A stretch of 64,000 nucleotides of DNA from Candidatus Omnitrophota bacterium. GTDB taxonomy: Bacteria; Omnitrophota; Gorgyraeia; Velamenicoccales; JABMQK01. The DNA lies in the NCBI GenBank assembly GCA_028711115.1, contig JAQTSV010000001.1:518032-582031 (forward strand), written 5' to 3'. Under the pieces are notes generated by a model. That model was not told where the DNA came from and searched no databases. It saw only the letters and a list, made by a program, of their open reading frames with translations. The translations under genes and the position numbers were made by a program. Positions 62,582 through 64,000 of this stretch are shown here, piece after piece. Each line of letters starts with the position of its first letter. Positions within the stretch are counted from its first letter, which is position 1.

Positions 62582-63289
62582 ATGGCAGAACAGAACAATT
62601 TAAGAATTCTTGTTGTAGACGACGAGAAATCCATACGCAGTTTTCTTAACACATCTCTTTCGGCATATGGTTACGGCGTTTTTGAAGCAACAAAAGGTAA
62701 AGAAGCCTTAATCGAGGCGGTTAGTGTCCATCCGGATGCCATAATTCTTGACTTGGGCCTTCCTGATATGGATGGAAGAGAAGTTATTGCAAAAATCCGT
62801 AAACGCACAAAAATTCCCATAATCATTTTATCGGTAAGGGATGATCCGCTTGAGAAGATTGCTGCGCTTGATGCCGGAGCAGACGATTATCTTACCAAGC
62901 CTTTTTCTGTCGGAGAGCTGCTGGCGCGTTTGAATGCGGTTATGAGGCGTCTGCTGCCTTTAGAAAAAGAGGAGATCTTGTGTTCAGGCAAGCTCGTTGT
63001 GGATATTACTAGCCGTCGGGTAACTGTCGATGATAATGAAATCGATTTGTCTCCGACTGAATATGACATTCTTAAACTTCTTCTTTTAAACTCCGGTAAA
63101 GTCATTACGCATAAACAAATTCTGCGTGAGATTTGGGATAAAACAGAAAATTATGAAGGCATTTTACACCTTTTACGCGTTACGATGAGTAATTTGCGCA
63201 GCAAAATCGAACCCAACCCCGATCGGCCAACCTACATCCTTACTGAGCCGGGCATAGGCTACCGTCTACATTCTGATACTAATTCCTAG
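62582..63289 (+). CDS. kdpE: OmpR/KdpE-type response regulator
   Basis: Receiver domain (ILVVDDE..., DAIILDLGLPDMDG, LTKPF) and a winged-helix output (LSPTEYDILKLL...LRVTMSNLRSKIE). Confidence 0.75.
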   Translation: MAEQNNLRILVVDDEKSIRSFLNTSLSAYGYGVFEATKGKEALIEAVSVHPDAIILDLGLPDMDGREVIAKIRKRTKIPIIILSVRDDPLEKIAALDAGADDYLTKPFSVGELLARLNAVMRRLLPLEKEEILCSGKLVVDITSRRVTVDDNEIDLSPTEYDILKLLLLNSGKVITHKQILREIWDKTENYEGILHLLRVTMSNLRSKIEPNPDRPTYILTEPGIGYRLHSDTNS

Positions 63290-63380
63290 TTTTGACCTTT
63301 TTTTGACTTGCCTTCCTTGTTTGCTAAGCGTATTGTAATCTCATAGAATAAATAAAAGATAAGTTAGGTTTTATACAGTG

Positions 63381-63407
63381 CCAGAGTGTTTTATTCTCTG
63401 GTTTTTT
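63381..63407 (+). terminator. Hairpin + T-run between kdpE and the mini-ORF/trkH
   Basis: CCAGAG-tgttttatt-CTCTGG followed by TTTTTT. Confidence 0.45.
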
Positions 63408-63446
63408 GTGTATTTGGGCCTTGTATATAAGGAGAGATTTAATACT

Positions 63447-63566
63447 ATGAAGAAAAACGCTGTTTTTTATACTGTTACGCTGGGAATATTCTGGGAAGCA
63501 GTGTATGTAGCGGTAATTATTGGAGTAGGTTCACTATTTGCATTAGCAATTCAATATATACGATGA
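63447..63566 (+). CDS. 39-aa single-TM mini-protein translationally coupled to trkH
   Basis: MKKNAVFYTVTLGIFWEAVYVAVIIGVGSLFALAIQYIR. RBS AAGGAGAG. Its stop overlaps the trkH ATG (ATGA). The longer track ORF from 63378 runs through the hairpin. Confidence 0.35.
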   Translation: MKKNAVFYTVTLGIFWEAVYVAVIIGVGSLFALAIQYIR

Positions 63567-64000
63567 TACTTAAACCTCAAGCAAACGATATCAAGAATAT
63601 CGGCTATTATCTGGGAAGAATAATAATCGGTATTGGTCTTACAATGTTTTTACCGTTTATTGCCGGACTCGTTTTGTTTAGTGAACCTAATCCTGCTTTG
63701 GATTTCTTGATAAGCGCTAATATTGCTATATTTATCGGCTTGGCTTTAAGCTGGTTATGTAAAACGGATAAGGAGCTACATACCGGCCCAGCAATGGTTG
63801 TTATTGCTCTTTCGTGGTTGGCTGCGATGGCGCTTAGCGCTATACCGTTATTCTTAAGCGGTCATTATAAATCGTTTCTTGACGCTTGTTTCGAAACCAT
63901 GTCCGGTTTTACCACAACTGGACTAACTCTTGTGCAGGATTTGGATCACCTTGCTAGAACTCATAACTTATGGCGTCACTTAGGGCCTTTTATCGGCGGG
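63563..64000 (+). CDS. trkH: TrkH/KtrB-family potassium uptake protein (5' part, truncated by the window end)
   Basis: N-terminal TM pattern and the signature FETMSGFTTTGLT (selectivity-filter-type MPM motif). Confidence 0.8.
   Translation, partial: MILKPQANDIKNIGYYLGRIIIGIGLTMFLPFIAGLVLFSEPNPALDFLISANIAIFIGLALSWLCKTDKELHTGPAMVVIALSWLAAMALSAIPLFLSGHYKSFLDACFETMSGFTTTGLTLVQDLDHLARTHNLWRHLGPFIGG

Noticed and set aside
63290-63446. c-di-AMP (ydaO/kimA-type) riboswitch upstream of the K+ transporter.
   Set aside because: The region is AT-rich and lacks the G-rich ACGGGG-type conserved cores and the pseudo-two-fold architecture. Only a simple hairpin + T-run is visible.

Overview
The window is a 64-kb, gene-dense segment that is almost entirely plus-strand, AT-rich and bacterial (standard genetic code). 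The Fe-S/radical-SAM content and the prepilin-like and AsmA-like proteins suggest an uncultured anaerobe, but I cannot assign taxonomy from sequence alone.

Gene order:
- queC-queE-queF, class I fumarate hydratase (two subunits), rph and rdgB.
- A convergent AsmA/TamB-like gene.
- tRNA-Pro, tRNA-Arg, and a tRNA-His locus disrupted and duplicated around a small GIY-YIG gene.
- A Fur-family regulator heading a roughly 7-kb, tightly overlapping operon of uncharacterised metal/Fe-S proteins. It holds two DUF5320-type proteins, two NifX/NifB-C-type proteins, a mini-ferredoxin, a methyltransferase, two MinD-ferredoxin ATPases, a DUF2099-like protein, an IscU/NifU protein, a radical SAM protein and a DUF89 protein, and it runs into def.
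- Assorted small genes: Rrf2, MBL, thioredoxin, J-domain, TrmO and cupin.
- A copper P1B-ATPase preceded by tRNA-fragment debris.
- Two secreted TPR/repeat proteins.
- An osmoprotection block: MscS, sensor-HAMP-OtsA fusion, CBS, cation/H+ antiporter, OtsB, an internally duplicated unknown protein and TreT.
- Four tiny membrane-peptide genes and a sigma-70-family factor.
- A long nitrogen/glutamine block: porin-like, amtB, glnB, glnA, a Fis-type HTH, gltB, gltD, a KaiC-like/PPDK_N fusion, pyrG, a wbuXYZ-like amidotransferase trio and carAB.
- A truncated KdpD-like kinase, KdpE, a mini-peptide and TrkH (cut by the window end).

Most interesting observations:
1. A conserved RNA-like element occurs twice (30125-30208 and 37961-38035). 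Its invariant hairpin competes with unrelated terminators, which is riboswitch-like.
2. The Fur-led cluster resembles a nitrogenase-cofactor assembly module but has no nitrogenase.
3. The OtsA protein carries an N-terminal transmembrane sensor and HAMP domain.
4. The tRNA-His / GIY-YIG rearrangement.
5. The sigma factor has a structured leader, and a TTTAAT-N16/17-GCGTCTT motif is shared with the amtB operon.
6. The glnA leader combines a sigma54-like promoter, a perfect palindrome and a terminator-like hairpin.

No CRISPR array, rRNA, transposase or integrase was seen. All family calls are from motif recognition by eye, and no database search was run.
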